Positions 1-11,087 of a stretch of 64,000 bases of DNA are shown in pieces. The notes below the pieces were generated by a model that was given only the letters and a program-made list of their open reading frames with translations, ran no database searches and was not told the origin of the DNA. The DNA is taken from assembly GCA_964016885.1 (NCBI GenBank), contig OZ024742.1, positions 224,378,001 through 224,442,000 of the forward strand, read 5' to 3'. This stretch comes from Eledone cirrhosa (lineage: Eukaryota). A program made the position numbers and the translations under genes. Within the stretch, counting starts at the first letter, position 1, and each line of letters opens with the position of its first letter.

Positions 1-15
1 ATGCTTATTCATGTG

Positions 16-88
<73 letters not shown>

Positions 89-2208
89 ACACGTACATAT
101 ATTAGAATATGAAGCTTTTTGGATTATTATTCTTGAAGTTTACACTGCCGGTTATTCGAACGACTGAAAGCGGAAAATTTGCTCCAGAAGAAAACTTTAC
201 CCCGATATACTAATGCTTTAGAAAGACATATAACTTTAATGGTGTTATTGCTCGACTTGTTAGAAGTAGTATATATCTCTCAGTGAAATCCCATTCTACC
301 TTCTCAATAAAAAAAAAAATGAAGGACACTTTAAATAACGTAGTCCTATATATTCCCTAGATATTTCCCTGGTTGTTCATAGCTGGAACGATATTGATAA
401 GAAGTCTGCTGTATTATAGTTTACATCAACCCGCCGAGGCTAAGTTTGCCTTTCATCCTTACGAGGTTGATAAAATAAAGTACCAGTAATGCACTGGGAT
501 AATTGCTGGCCTTGTGCCAAAAGTAGAAACAATTATAGTTTACATCAGTAGTTTCCAACCATTTCGTTACCAAGTACCTCGTTTACTTAAATACATTTCC
601 TCCATGGAGCCCTAACTATAAATGCTTCTTCGACTTCCCGGATTATTATACGGCGAGAAATATCATCATTGCTCGACTGCTGTAGCAGACAGTCACAGTC
701 CTCCTTCATAATTAGTTGTAGTCCCATGGTCGGGTGATTAACTGTGGACGTTCGTGAGATTTGAACTCACACTTCACAGTGCCAGAACAGATACTACAAT
801 ACTCTAACAATTCCACCATATACCGGTATTTTATTGACCTCGAATGGATGAAAGACAAAGCCTGTTATGGCAGGATTTGGACTCAGAACACAGAAAGACA
901 GAACAAATAGCACAAAATATTCTGTCCGATGTTTTAACGACTCTGCCAATTCGCTGACAAAAGAAAACAATTATATGAGAGAACTTATTGGAGCGTGTAT
1001 AGTGTGTATATATTATGCTTATAACAAAATACTTGAAATTGTTATACAATGATAAAGACAGAAAAATCTTTATATTTAGAGAATAATAGACACCCAGTGT
1101 GTATATATTATGTTTATAACAAACTATTTGAAATTGTAATACAGTGAGAATAACATGTTTATATTTAGAGAAGAATTAATAACCAATAGTGTGCGTATAT
1201 TTTCTACTTGAACTTCAATTTTAGGCCACAATACTACCTTTACAGAGGTGGCAAATTGGCAGAGTTGTTAGAACATTGGATAGAATGCTTCATGGTGTTC
1301 ATTTTCGTTGTGGTCAACTTTGTCTTTCATCCTTTTCAGGCCGATAAGGAATGTACCAGTCCATTCCTGGGGTTGATTCTTTTCTTTTTCACTTCCTCAA
1401 CCCCGCCTCTCTCTCTGTTTCTCTCTGTGACTCCCGCCCCCCACTCTCTCATTCACCATCTCCTTGTCTAGAAGAAATTGACCATATTCAGACCTGGACA
1501 CGCCGTGCATCACTAAGGACACGGCAACGACACCATCATGAGATATAGGTCCAAACTTATAACTTTTCCATACCCTGCAGGGTCAGCAGACTCGAGTTAG
1601 AGAACCACTGGCTTTCATGGAGCTAAATTACCAAAGCAACAGAACATTTTATATAAAAATATATATTTATCGCTTTCATTTTCAATAAAATAAATTCTCT
1701 GGAGTAGCAGTTTAAGACCAACTTCTCTTACATTTTCCTTTATTCTAACGTTTTATTATCTGTATACCATTTTAATCTCCAGCCCTCTATTTCTAATTCT
1801 TTCTTACGTGGCTTAACAACAAAAACTACAACATTATCATTATCATCATCATCATCATCAACAACGGAAAAAATAACAGCAATAACAACAATTTCTGCAG
1901 ACAAAATATTTTCTACAGTAAAATATGTTTATATCTTATTTTTTTCTTGATATTATTCTACATCTCCGCCCCTCTCTCTCTAGCTCATGTTCTCTCCCTC
2001 TCTCTCTTTCTCTCTCTGTCTCTCTGTCTCTCTCTCTATATATATATATGGATATATATACTTACACACAAACATACACACATATGTATATATGTACATG
2101 TATATATATATATGTATACACACACACACACATATATATATAATATATTAATATTACATATATATAATGCATATATGCATAAATATATATACATATATAT
2201 GTACATTA

Positions 2209-2264
<56 letters not shown>

Positions 2265-2318
2265 TTATATATGTATATATATACATATGTATATATATAT
2301 ATATATAAATATATAATT

Positions 2319-2352
<34 letters not shown>

Positions 2353-2495
2353 GTACATTATATATGTATATATATATATATATACATTTGTATATATATA
2401 TATATTATATATATAAATATATATGTGTGTGTGTATTATTCACATGTATGTACAGACACACAGAGATGCACACACACACACACACACACGCACAC

Positions 2496-2536
<41 letters not shown>

Positions 2537-3095
2537 TACACACATATGATATTCATTATCGTCTCCATCAATTACTCTACAGAGCAGGAGACAGATATAT
2601 AGATATATTTACAGTTGTTTTCAAGCAGCTCTATAAAATATCTCTTTCTGTAGAATCGATAAAAATATTTGAACACTTAGAAGTCAACCTTCTAGACGTT
2701 TCCTTCCATCTTTGATCTAATATGTTTATTAAAAGTTGTCTGTCCTCAGACAAGATTACCTCACCACCATAAAGATATTATTTATTGAAAGGAGGCCTGA
2801 TTGTTATTATTATTATTAAAAAAAAAAGGAAAAGAAATAGAAAAAAATAATAGAAACAATTATTATTATTATTATTATTATTGAATGCCATGGTTGACGG
2901 AGGCTCGGCTCTGTAAGGTATAGTAATTTTTAACCGTTAAAACAATTGTAAATTGTTTAAAACTTGAACCAAATTGTTGATAAAGACACCCTCCTCCTCG
3001 TGAGAGGGGTCTTTCTGTCCGTTATTTGGCCCTTCGGGGTTAAATAGCCAGTTATTGGGGTTTTGTACCCAAAATTTCATTTTAAACAAAAAAAC

Positions 3096-5195
3096 ATGGC
3101 TACCAAAAAAAAAAAATTTCATACGTCACTCCCACTCATTCCGTCTTCTTCTTCCTCAATCATCACTACAGGAGAGAGAAGATTGTCTCTCTCCCTCCCT
3201 TCTTTAAATGTGTCTCTCTCCCTACCTTCTCTTTCGCAAGCGACGAAAGAAAAGAAAAGTCTCGTGCAAAGCGTGCAAGGTTTCTCCACGACGACGACGA
3301 CAGCGACGAAACAGGTGTGCGGGAAATACGAAAACCCAGTTCATTCGTCTGACGTCAGGAATAATAGCAGTAGCAGCCGTAATAACAACAGCAACAGTGA
3401 CAATGAAAACAACAGTAGCAGCCGCAACAGCATCACCAGCAGCATAAACAACAACAGCATTAGCAGCAGCAACACCAACAACAACCACAGCAACAGCGGC
3501 GGAGGCAGTAGTCGTAGTACCTGCAGCAACAACAAAAGTACCAGCAGCTCTGACGACAACAACAACAGCAGAGAAAAACCAATCTCATTTGCAGGTATTA
3601 CGAAAAACCTGGAAACAATCCTCATAACAAATGAGGAATTAGAGGAAGCGAAGAAGATGGTGACAAAGAACGGACACCGAGCAATCTGCAAGGCAGCGAA
3701 AAATTTTTTCGAAACCCAAGAGCACTGTACGGTCACGTACCGTACAGTAAGTACAAAATCCCGTAGGGTGGAAAGAGCCACAGAGGCCCAAATACAAAAA
3801 GCCTTGGGGTCTGTGTGGCAGAGGAAAACGCACATCACCCGAGGCAAAAAATACGCCACCGTAGACGTACTTTTTGCCACACCCCAGGAGGCAAAGGCCC
3901 AATCAGTAGTGACCCTAAGGAGCGAGGAAATGGTGTTGGTGCCCTCCTACTGCGGGCAAAAAATTGTGAGGGTCAAACTGACCCACGTCCCCCCCGGAAT
4001 GACCCCTTCTTGGCTGGCCGCGTCTGTCCTCGTCGGAATCGAGGACAAAACAACTGTACTGCAAGTACAGAAAAAAGTAAGAGAAGATTGGGTCGGCTCC
4101 TCCATTGAGATGCTAATCCAAACCAACCAGGAGTGCATCGAAGCTATCCCGGATGTGATAGACTTCGATAACGGCACTCAACTGCCCATAAGTGTTGAGG
4201 GCAAACGCCCGAAATGCTTTCGCTGTGGATCGAAGACTCACCTCAGGGCCTTCTGCAACGAGAAGACCATGAGAAAGGAGAAAACCCCCCTCCTCCCGAA
4301 TCCGGTTCCACGGCTACCAGCAACAGGACAAGCGGCAACCAGGAACGATAGGTCCGTGGCACCCATACCCACTCCACGGAAATCAAAGACAGCAGCAGCA
4401 GTGGAAATATTAACAACAACAACAGCAATACCAAATGCAGCTGCAACAGAGACTCCAGTGCAAACATCACCAACAACAACAAGTGAAAGAGTGGAGCTGG
4501 TACCCCTCCCCGACCTTACAGAATCAGACATGGAGTGTGAGGTGGGAGAGGGATGGCAAAAGGTCTCAAGAAGGCACAAACGCAGAAGCAGCGCATCGTC
4601 GCCTTTGAAAAGGGAGGAAAGAAATGAGAAAAGGGTAAAGTCTACTGCAAAGAGACCCACAGCAGCAACACCACCAACACCATCACCACCCACACCAGCA
4701 CCACCATCACCACCGGCGACAACCCCACCGCCAACAACACCTTCAACACCACCACCACAAGCACCAACATCGCAAACACAACAACAAAACACACACACCC
4801 AGCAACAACGACAAGAAAATAGCAGAACCACACCCCACCCCCAGAAAAACAAATGCACGGCAATAAACACACACAACAAGAAACTAATGACTTACATAAT
4901 TGAACACACAGACATTTCACAACAGGACTACATAATACCAGCACCAATCAAAACGCCAACTAACATAAGACTGCTAAAAATAGCACAGAAACAATACACA
5001 AACATTAAAACGAAATTCCCCAACGCAGTTGGTGATTTCAGGGACCTAGGAGGAACCATTAATCGAAGAGTATATTCAGACATTCTCTTAGAAGAGCCGA
5101 CGACCAGCCGAAGGGACGATTCAACGGTCCCTTCACCAGACGATCAAGTGAAAAGGGATGTAAAAACCATCCCTCCTCTACCAAAAATACGGTAA
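3096..5195 (+). CDS. LINE ORF1 (gag-like nucleic-acid-binding protein with CCHC zinc knuckle)
   Basis: Open frame from ATG at 3096 (the track's 3063 start is TTG). Contains CFRCGSKTHLRAFC (CX2CX4HX4C) plus Ser/Asn- and Pro/Thr-rich low-complexity segments. Ends 35 bp before ORF2. Confidence 0.85.
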   Translation: MATKKKKFHTSLPLIPSSSSSIITTGERRLSLSLPSLNVSLSLPSLSQATKEKKSLVQSVQGFSTTTTTATKQVCGKYENPVHSSDVRNNSSSSRNNNSNSDNENNSSSRNSITSSINNNSISSSNTNNNHSNSGGGSSRSTCSNNKSTSSSDDNNNSREKPISFAGITKNLETILITNEELEEAKKMVTKNGHRAICKAAKNFFETQEHCTVTYRTVSTKSRRVERATEAQIQKALGSVWQRKTHITRGKKYATVDVLFATPQEAKAQSVVTLRSEEMVLVPSYCGQKIVRVKLTHVPPGMTPSWLAASVLVGIEDKTTVLQVQKKVREDWVGSSIEMLIQTNQECIEAIPDVIDFDNGTQLPISVEGKRPKCFRCGSKTHLRAFCNEKTMRKEKTPLLPNPVPRLPATGQAATRNDRSVAPIPTPRKSKTAAAVEILTTTTAIPNAAATETPVQTSPTTTSERVELVPLPDLTESDMECEVGEGWQKVSRRHKRRSSASSPLKREERNEKRVKSTAKRPTAATPPTPSPPTPAPPSPPATTPPPTTPSTPPPQAPTSQTQQQNTHTQQQRQENSRTTPHPQKNKCTAINTHNKKLMTYIIEHTDISQQDYIIPAPIKTPTNIRLLKIAQKQYTNIKTKFPNAVGDFRDLGGTINRRVYSDILLEEPTTSRRDDSTVPSPDDQVKRDVKTIPPLPKIR

Positions 5196-5230
5196 GTGGT
5201 CTTTCCCATCTTTTCCACTCTATTTTAAAC

Positions 5231-8200
5231 ATGACCTCACTCAGAATAGGCAGCATAAATGCGCGTGGCTTGGGGTCGTCATGGAAGCAGGGTCACCTGC
5301 TCAACGACCTCAGGTCACTAAACATAGATGTAGTGGCCATCAGCGAGACCAGAATCTCCGAAGCACGGGCCTTCGCACCGATCTTCGGCGGCTACGATGT
5401 GTACGCATCTCCCAGCCGTCCTGGATCGGGTGGAGGAGTTGCTGTGCTTTTTCGGAGAGGTTTGGATCTCGCCATACGGGCCATCTTCCTGGACCCAGAG
5501 GGTAAGCTGGTGGTGCTGGACGTGACCAGCGGAGACGGGCAAGCTTTCAGGCTAGTGGCCGCCTATGCCCCGACAGGAGCAGGGCGGCCTGATTTCTTCC
5601 GGCGTCTGGAGACCTTTCTTGGAACGTCGCGCTCTTTAGTGTTAGTGGGCGACTGGAACGGGATCTTAGATGCACGCTGGGACTGTGTGGGATTAGCGGA
5701 TAGGGGTGGAGGGTGCAAGAGCCTCACCAACCTGCTCAGGCGTTTTGAACTGTCTGACAGGTACCGATTGGATTTCCCGAATGTGCCAATGTGGACTTGG
5801 ACAAACCGCATAGGGTCATCCAGATCATATCTAGATAGAGTATTTTGTAGGGAAATAGATAGGTCTAGCATAGGCTGTCCACAATTCAAGATAGTCAGCT
5901 ACACGGACCACAAATTCGTGATCTGTGTGCTTGACTTAGATAGGCTTCATAGACGAGGACCCGGCTACTGGAAGCTAAACGCGTCCTTACCAGCGCGCAA
6001 GGCCTACAGAGACCGGATTAGCGAACTAGTTAAGCGGGCGTTGACGGGGGCCATCATCAACAACAAGTGGTGGTTTGCTCTGAAAAGAGCGATTAGAATA
6101 GAATCGATTAGGTTTAGTAAGGCTTTAGCAATAGAGAAAAATAGAGCAGAGGGAAAACTAGTTAGAAAATTAGACGAGGCGCTTAGCAAAGGCATTGCGA
6201 CCGACGTGCTTGCGGCGAAATTGGCCCTTGACCAATTCTTCAATGCAAAGCACGAAGGCTGCGTTGTCAGAGCAAGGGTGCGTGCTCTCAGACACGAGGG
6301 GACGAAAGCCGTTCAATGGGCCCGAGTGGCGGAGGCGCGTCATGGCAACAAAGCCACGATCCGGTCTTTGGTGGACCACGACGGGCGCATGCTACTCGAT
6401 CCCGGGCAAATGTGTGAAGCTTTTCAGCGACACTTCGCTCAGCTGTTCGGGGGCAGCGGGGGGCCGGGTAGAGGGATGGACTTTAGTGTCTACCTCGACG
6501 GACTGCCGCGGCTCTCGGCCACTGAGGCGAGGTGTTGCGAAAAGCCGATAACAGCCGCTGAAGTACGGGAGGCAATGACTGGCTGCACAAGGGGTAAATC
6601 GCCTGGTTTGGATGGTCTGCCCTATGAACTTTACGTACAGATGCCAGACTTGTTCGGAGGCCTCTTGGCGGACGTCTACTGCAACTGGCAACAGAACGGG
6701 AGAATTCCCAGTTCTGTGAGCCGAGGAGCGGTGGCACTGCTGAGAAAGGATCCGAACAAGGGGGATAACATAGACAATTTCCGGCCCATAACTCTGCTAA
6801 ACACAGAGTTTAAGATTTTGGCCAAGGTGCTAGCAAAGAGGTTGGCGCTTGTCGTTGGTGGTCTGGTGGGAGAGGCGCAGACATGCGCCATTCCCGACAG
6901 ATCCATCCACGACAACCTCCACCTCATGCGATACATCGTAGAGAGGGTAGCTAGGGAACCTGGCACGGGTGGGTCCTTGATCAATTTAGATCAGTCGAAA
7001 GCTTTCGATAGGGTCGACCATCGTTACCTAGCGGCAGTCCTGAGGGCGGCTGGCTTTGGGCCCGTCTTCAGAGGCTGGATCGCTGCCATGCACAGCGACA
7101 TCTGCTCTGTGGTGAGAGTGAACGGTCACCTGTCGGAACCGTTCAACATCATGCGCTCGGTCCGCCAAGGATGTCCCCTCTCGTCCCTCTTGTACGTATT
7201 GACTCTCGAGCCATTACTGCACAAACTGGAGACGTTGAGGGGAGTCCCGCGCGAACTAGGATGCGGAAGATCCGTGTCAGCATATGCGGACGATGTCACC
7301 GTAGTGGTGTCGAACGCCAAACACATCGAGGCGATCGGCACTACACTAAGAGAATACGAAGCGGTGACAGGAGCAATGATCAACCAGGAAAAGTCAGTGG
7401 GCCTGCAGCTCGGCACCTGGAGAGGCAGGTCCATGCCGTCCAACAGCGTCGTCGGGCGCTGGACGGACGGACCGGTTAAATTGCTAGGGGTCTGGTTCGG
7501 TCCGGACCTCCAGACGGACAAAAACTGGGACGAGGTGACGAGCAGGGTGGCTTCTCTCACCCAGAAATGGGCGGAGAGGAAGCTATCCCTGAAAGGTCGA
7601 GCGGAGGTGGCTAACGCGTACATCGCGTCTGTCATCTGCTACCGCCTAACCGTCGTACCTTGTCCTAAGCCTCGCCTGACTGCGCTGGAGCGTTTGCTCT
7701 TTCGCTTTTTGTGGAAGGGACGTGCTCCGATGGTCAGGCGGTCCATCTGTTGTCAACACCCGCTACGTGGAGGGCTGGGCATGCCGTGGCTGATGATGCG
7801 CAGGCACGCGCTCAGGCTACGACATCTCCACCTCTTCCTCGACGGTGATCAGGTGTGGTCGCCGTTTGCTAGACGCGTTTTTCCCCAGCTCGTTTCCTTG
7901 ACGGAGCTGCAGTCCTGGGTCAAGCGAAGACCGAGAGGGAGCGCCTGGAGACTGGAATGTCTTCAGGCGCTCACAGCCCTCGACCAATCGGGCAATGTGA
8001 TCGGTGGAAACTCCACCTCGGCGTTCTATAGAGGATTAGTGGAGGGGAAGAGCGACGACGTACTTGGGGAAACTCTAGGCGTCGACGAAAATCAACTAGC
8101 CAATCTCTTCGGAAGAACTTTCGGGCCGGGGCCTATGGACAACTTCCAGAAATCTCTGGCCTGGCAGTGCTACCGAGGAGCCTTGCCAGTTCGGGATAAA

Positions 8201-8650
8201 CTCTACAGGCATGGAGGTGCCGTCAATCGGGCATGTCCGAGATGCGCGCAGGGCGACGAAACCGTCCTGCACGCACTCGTCCAGTGTCCGAAAATTGCTG
8301 ACTTGTGGGTTTATGTCGAACACCTGCTGTCGCGTTTAGGACGGATCCAGCTATCATCTGAGTCCATCGTGAGGATTGCCCCGCCCTCCTCCTTTAGCCG
8401 GGAAGGGCAGGCAGTTTTTATCTGTCTGGTGGCCATGGCGAAAGAGATAGTATGGTGGACACGTTTGAAAGGGCTGAAGACGAGCACTTACCTCTTCGGT
8501 GATGCTCTGATTGACTTTTTCAAATTTCATTTGAAAAGGAAAATCAGAGTAGAGAGGGAAGTGCTCTCTTCCCAGCATTTTGTTGAAAGATGGGTGAGAG
8601 AAGCAAGAATGGCCCGAGTGAATGGGCCGACTCTGAGTATATATCTGTAA
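5231..8650 (+). CDS. LINE ORF2: APE endonuclease, reverse transcriptase and C-terminal Cys/His motif (L1/Tx1 clade)
   Basis: 1139 aa uninterrupted. APE motifs SINARGL, SET, GDWN, YLDR, YTDH. RT motifs KSPGLDG, FRPITLLN, KAFDRV, RQGCPLS, YADD. C-terminal CPRC..ETVLHALVQC. Confidence 0.97.
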   Translation: MTSLRIGSINARGLGSSWKQGHLLNDLRSLNIDVVAISETRISEARAFAPIFGGYDVYASPSRPGSGGGVAVLFRRGLDLAIRAIFLDPEGKLVVLDVTSGDGQAFRLVAAYAPTGAGRPDFFRRLETFLGTSRSLVLVGDWNGILDARWDCVGLADRGGGCKSLTNLLRRFELSDRYRLDFPNVPMWTWTNRIGSSRSYLDRVFCREIDRSSIGCPQFKIVSYTDHKFVICVLDLDRLHRRGPGYWKLNASLPARKAYRDRISELVKRALTGAIINNKWWFALKRAIRIESIRFSKALAIEKNRAEGKLVRKLDEALSKGIATDVLAAKLALDQFFNAKHEGCVVRARVRALRHEGTKAVQWARVAEARHGNKATIRSLVDHDGRMLLDPGQMCEAFQRHFAQLFGGSGGPGRGMDFSVYLDGLPRLSATEARCCEKPITAAEVREAMTGCTRGKSPGLDGLPYELYVQMPDLFGGLLADVYCNWQQNGRIPSSVSRGAVALLRKDPNKGDNIDNFRPITLLNTEFKILAKVLAKRLALVVGGLVGEAQTCAIPDRSIHDNLHLMRYIVERVAREPGTGGSLINLDQSKAFDRVDHRYLAAVLRAAGFGPVFRGWIAAMHSDICSVVRVNGHLSEPFNIMRSVRQGCPLSSLLYVLTLEPLLHKLETLRGVPRELGCGRSVSAYADDVTVVVSNAKHIEAIGTTLREYEAVTGAMINQEKSVGLQLGTWRGRSMPSNSVVGRWTDGPVKLLGVWFGPDLQTDKNWDEVTSRVASLTQKWAERKLSLKGRAEVANAYIASVICYRLTVVPCPKPRLTALERLLFRFLWKGRAPMVRRSICCQHPLRGGLGMPWLMMRRHALRLRHLHLFLDGDQVWSPFARRVFPQLVSLTELQSWVKRRPRGSAWRLECLQALTALDQSGNVIGGNSTSAFYRGLVEGKSDDVLGETLGVDENQLANLFGRTFGPGPMDNFQKSLAWQCYRGALPVRDKLYRHGGAVNRACPRCAQGDETVLHALVQCPKIADLWVYVEHLLSRLGRIQLSSESIVRIAPPSSFSREGQAVFICLVAMAKEIVWWTRLKGLKTSTYLFGDALIDFFKFHLKRKIRVEREVLSSQHFVERWVREARMARVNGPTLSIYL

Positions 8651-8929
8651 ACTAAAGGTGGAAAACTGGGAGAGGGCACTTGCCTTGGTGGTCAGGGTCA
8701 TTGTGGCTTTTTACTGGGCTTTCTCCACAAATGTCCCTCCGAAGTCTCCCCCCTATTGGGGAATTTTTCATTGTTATTTTCATTGTTATTTTTGTTACAT
8801 CCTCTGTTTTTGTTTTTTTACACGCAGAAATGCCCATTTGTACCGTCCTGCATTGTCCTGCACTGTCCTTAATGTCTACTTTATGTAAACCCTTGTGGTT
8901 AATAAAGAAATCATTATTATTATTATTAC

Positions 8930-8992
<63 letters not shown>

Positions 8993-9106
8993 TTTTAGTT
9001 CTGAAGCTGTAAATAATGTTTCACAAGTGTTTTAAATACGAAACTATAGGAGTAACGTCCTCTCTAGTACTATAAAATATATGTAAATATATGTATATAT
9101 GCCTGC

Positions 9107-9151
<45 letters not shown>

Positions 9152-9884
9152 TTTGCAGCATAGAGTTACGCCCCTTTATGATCTGAGTTCAAATCCCGCC
9201 GAGGTTAACTTTGCGTTTCATCCTTACAGGGTCGATAAAATAAAGTACCAGTAATACACTGGGATAATTGCTGGCCTTGTGCCAAAAGTAGAAACAATTA
9301 TATATATATAGTTGGATGGTATTCCGTTTAAGGGAATGTAGAGGAACCACAATTAAAGCAAGGTACTCAATACACCTAGTAGAGAAGATTCTGTATTTTA
9401 TTTACAGGATTAGTTCTGTGTCATTCGTGGATTTGCAGTCGATTTCATCATTGAATAAAATCGAATTCGTCCCGATCCTGTAAATGTTACCTCTAAATAA
9501 AATCATCATCATTATAATCCTCCTCATCATCGTCATAATCATTTAATGCAGGGGTGGATTTAGAACTGGTGGCGGGACAGAGGTTTGGGGCGCCCGGGGC
9601 ACTTCAGATTTTGAGGTGGGCCCTCATACACAAAAGAAGTAACATGTACAACATGGCGTGGTGTTTGTAATCGGAAATGTGCACTTTCTACAATTAAACG
9701 TTCTTATGAATATACACAAGCACTCACACATACCCTAGTGTATATATATATATATATATATGAATATAGACATAGAATATTCGAAAATATTCTGTATGTT
9801 TATAATAAACATTTTGAAGACCTAATCGCTATAGAATAGAATACGTCACGTATTACAATTAGATTCTCGATAAAAGCAAGGGAA

Positions 9885-9927
9885 GTAATCTACGCGTTTC
9901 ATTCTTGTTAGAAATCATCAGGACTAC
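9885..9927 (-). ncRNA. Minimal type I hammerhead ribozyme (array copy 1)
   Basis: Reverse complement reads GUAGUC-CUGAUGA-UUUCU AACA AGAAU-GAAA-CGCG-UA-GAUUAC. Confidence 0.8.
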
Positions 9928-10194
9928 ATATCCAGTGCTTTTATCGAGAATGACACAGCTAGAGACTTATAGAATACTTAGCTGTGTACAGGAACTGGTT
10001 TGAAAGAGCGGTTGCCGGTCCGGCAGAAATTAGAAATTGGAATAAATGCTCTGAAATAGCGATATATATGTGAATATAGACATAGAATATTCGAAAATAT
10101 TCTGTATGTTTATAATAAACATTTTGAAGACCTAATCGCTATAGAATAGAATACGTCACGTATTACAATTAGATTCTCGATAAAAGCAAGGGAA

Positions 10195-10237
10195 GTAATC
10201 TACGCGTTTCATTCTTGTTAGAAATCATCAGGACTAC
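10195..10237 (-). ncRNA. Minimal type I hammerhead ribozyme (array copy 2)
   Basis: Same sequence as the 9885-9927 copy, 310 bp away. Confidence 0.8.
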
Positions 10238-10301
10238 ATATCCAGTGCTTTTATCGAGAATGACACAGCTAGAGACTTATAGAATACTTAGCACTGGATA
10301 T

Positions 10302-10344
10302 GTAGTCCTGATGATTTCTAACAAGAATGAAACGCGTAGATTAC
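10302..10344 (+). ncRNA. Minimal type I hammerhead ribozyme (array copy 3)
   Basis: Stem I GTAGTC/GATTAC; core CTGATGA 10308-10314; stem II TTCT/AGAA; GAAA 10329-10332; palindromic ACGCGT stem III; predicted GUA cleavage after 10338. Confidence 0.82.
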
Positions 10345-10611
10345 TTCCCTTGCTTTTATCGAGAATCTAATTGTAATACGTGACGTATTCTATTCTATAG
10401 CGATTAGGTCTTCAAAATGTTTATTATAAACATACAGAATATTTTCGAATATTCTATGTCTATATTCACATATATATCGCTATTTCAGAGCATTTATTCC
10501 AATTTCTAATTTCTGCCGGACCGGCAACCGCTCTTTCAAACCAGTTCCTGTACACAGCTAAGTATTCTATAAGTCTCTAGCTGTGTCATTCTCGATAAAA
10601 GCACTGGATAT

Positions 10612-10654
10612 GTAGTCCTGATGATTTCTAACAAGAATGAAACGCGTAGATTAC
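10612..10654 (+). ncRNA. Minimal type I hammerhead ribozyme (array copy 4)
   Basis: Same sequence as 10302-10344; predicted cleavage after 10648. Confidence 0.82.
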
Positions 10655-10825
10655 TTCCCTTGCTTTTATCGAGAATCTAATTGTAATACGTGACGTATTC
10701 TATTCTATAGCGATTAGGTCTTCAAAATGTTTATTATAAACATACAGAATATTTTCGAATATTCTATGTCTATATTCACATATATATCGCTATTTCAGAG
10801 CATTTATTCCAATATATATATATGT

Positions 10826-11028
10826 AAATAACGAAGGAAATGTGGTAAGGAACCAGGTGGACCATAACGCACCAAAGTACTCAATACTTAGGGTAGTAGA
10901 GTGGGTAATAGGAACGAGTAGGACCCCGACGGCTGAGCTCAAGCCATTTCGACGGCTAATTCTGGACTAAAATGTCCAGAATTAGCCGTCGAAACGGCTT
11001 GAGCTCAGCCGTCGGGGTCCTACTCGTT

Positions 11029-11032
<4 letters not shown>
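10826..11032. mobile_element. TA-embedded PLE-like terminal fragment (family C) with inverted duplication and 3' half of an HHR
   Basis: Inverted arms of about 59 bp around TAAAAT; contains GAAAC-GGCT-TGAGCTC-AGCC-GTC. Related copies at about 19829, 21011, 28020, 35707, 45989 and 59602. Confidence 0.7.

Positions 11033-11087
<55 letters not shown>

Larger units (their letters stand above)
2883..8912 (+). mobile_element. Apparently full-length L1/Tx1-clade non-LTR retrotransposon inside an (ATT)n microsatellite
   Basis: ORF1 and ORF2 intact; 3' UTR ends AATAAAGAAATC. (ATT)n lies on both sides (about 2859-2882 and 8913-8990). The 5' boundary is approximate. Confidence 0.88.
9761..10813. repeat. 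Array of a 310-bp hammerhead-containing unit, two copies minus then two copies plus (large palindrome), flanked by (TA)n
   Basis: TGAATATAGA at 9761 and 10071; GCACTGGATA at 10291 and 10601 (period 310). Segment 9761-10248 is the reverse complement of 10291-10778. Confidence 0.95.

Noticed and set aside
1465-1495. Minus-strand IWSISS resembling the IRO box (KIWS)
   Set aside because: Immediately preceded by an in-frame TGA, with no KPK and no suitable acceptor.
5281-8701. Short overlapping and antisense ORFs within the LINE
   Set aside because: By-products of GC-rich coding sequence, with no independent motifs.
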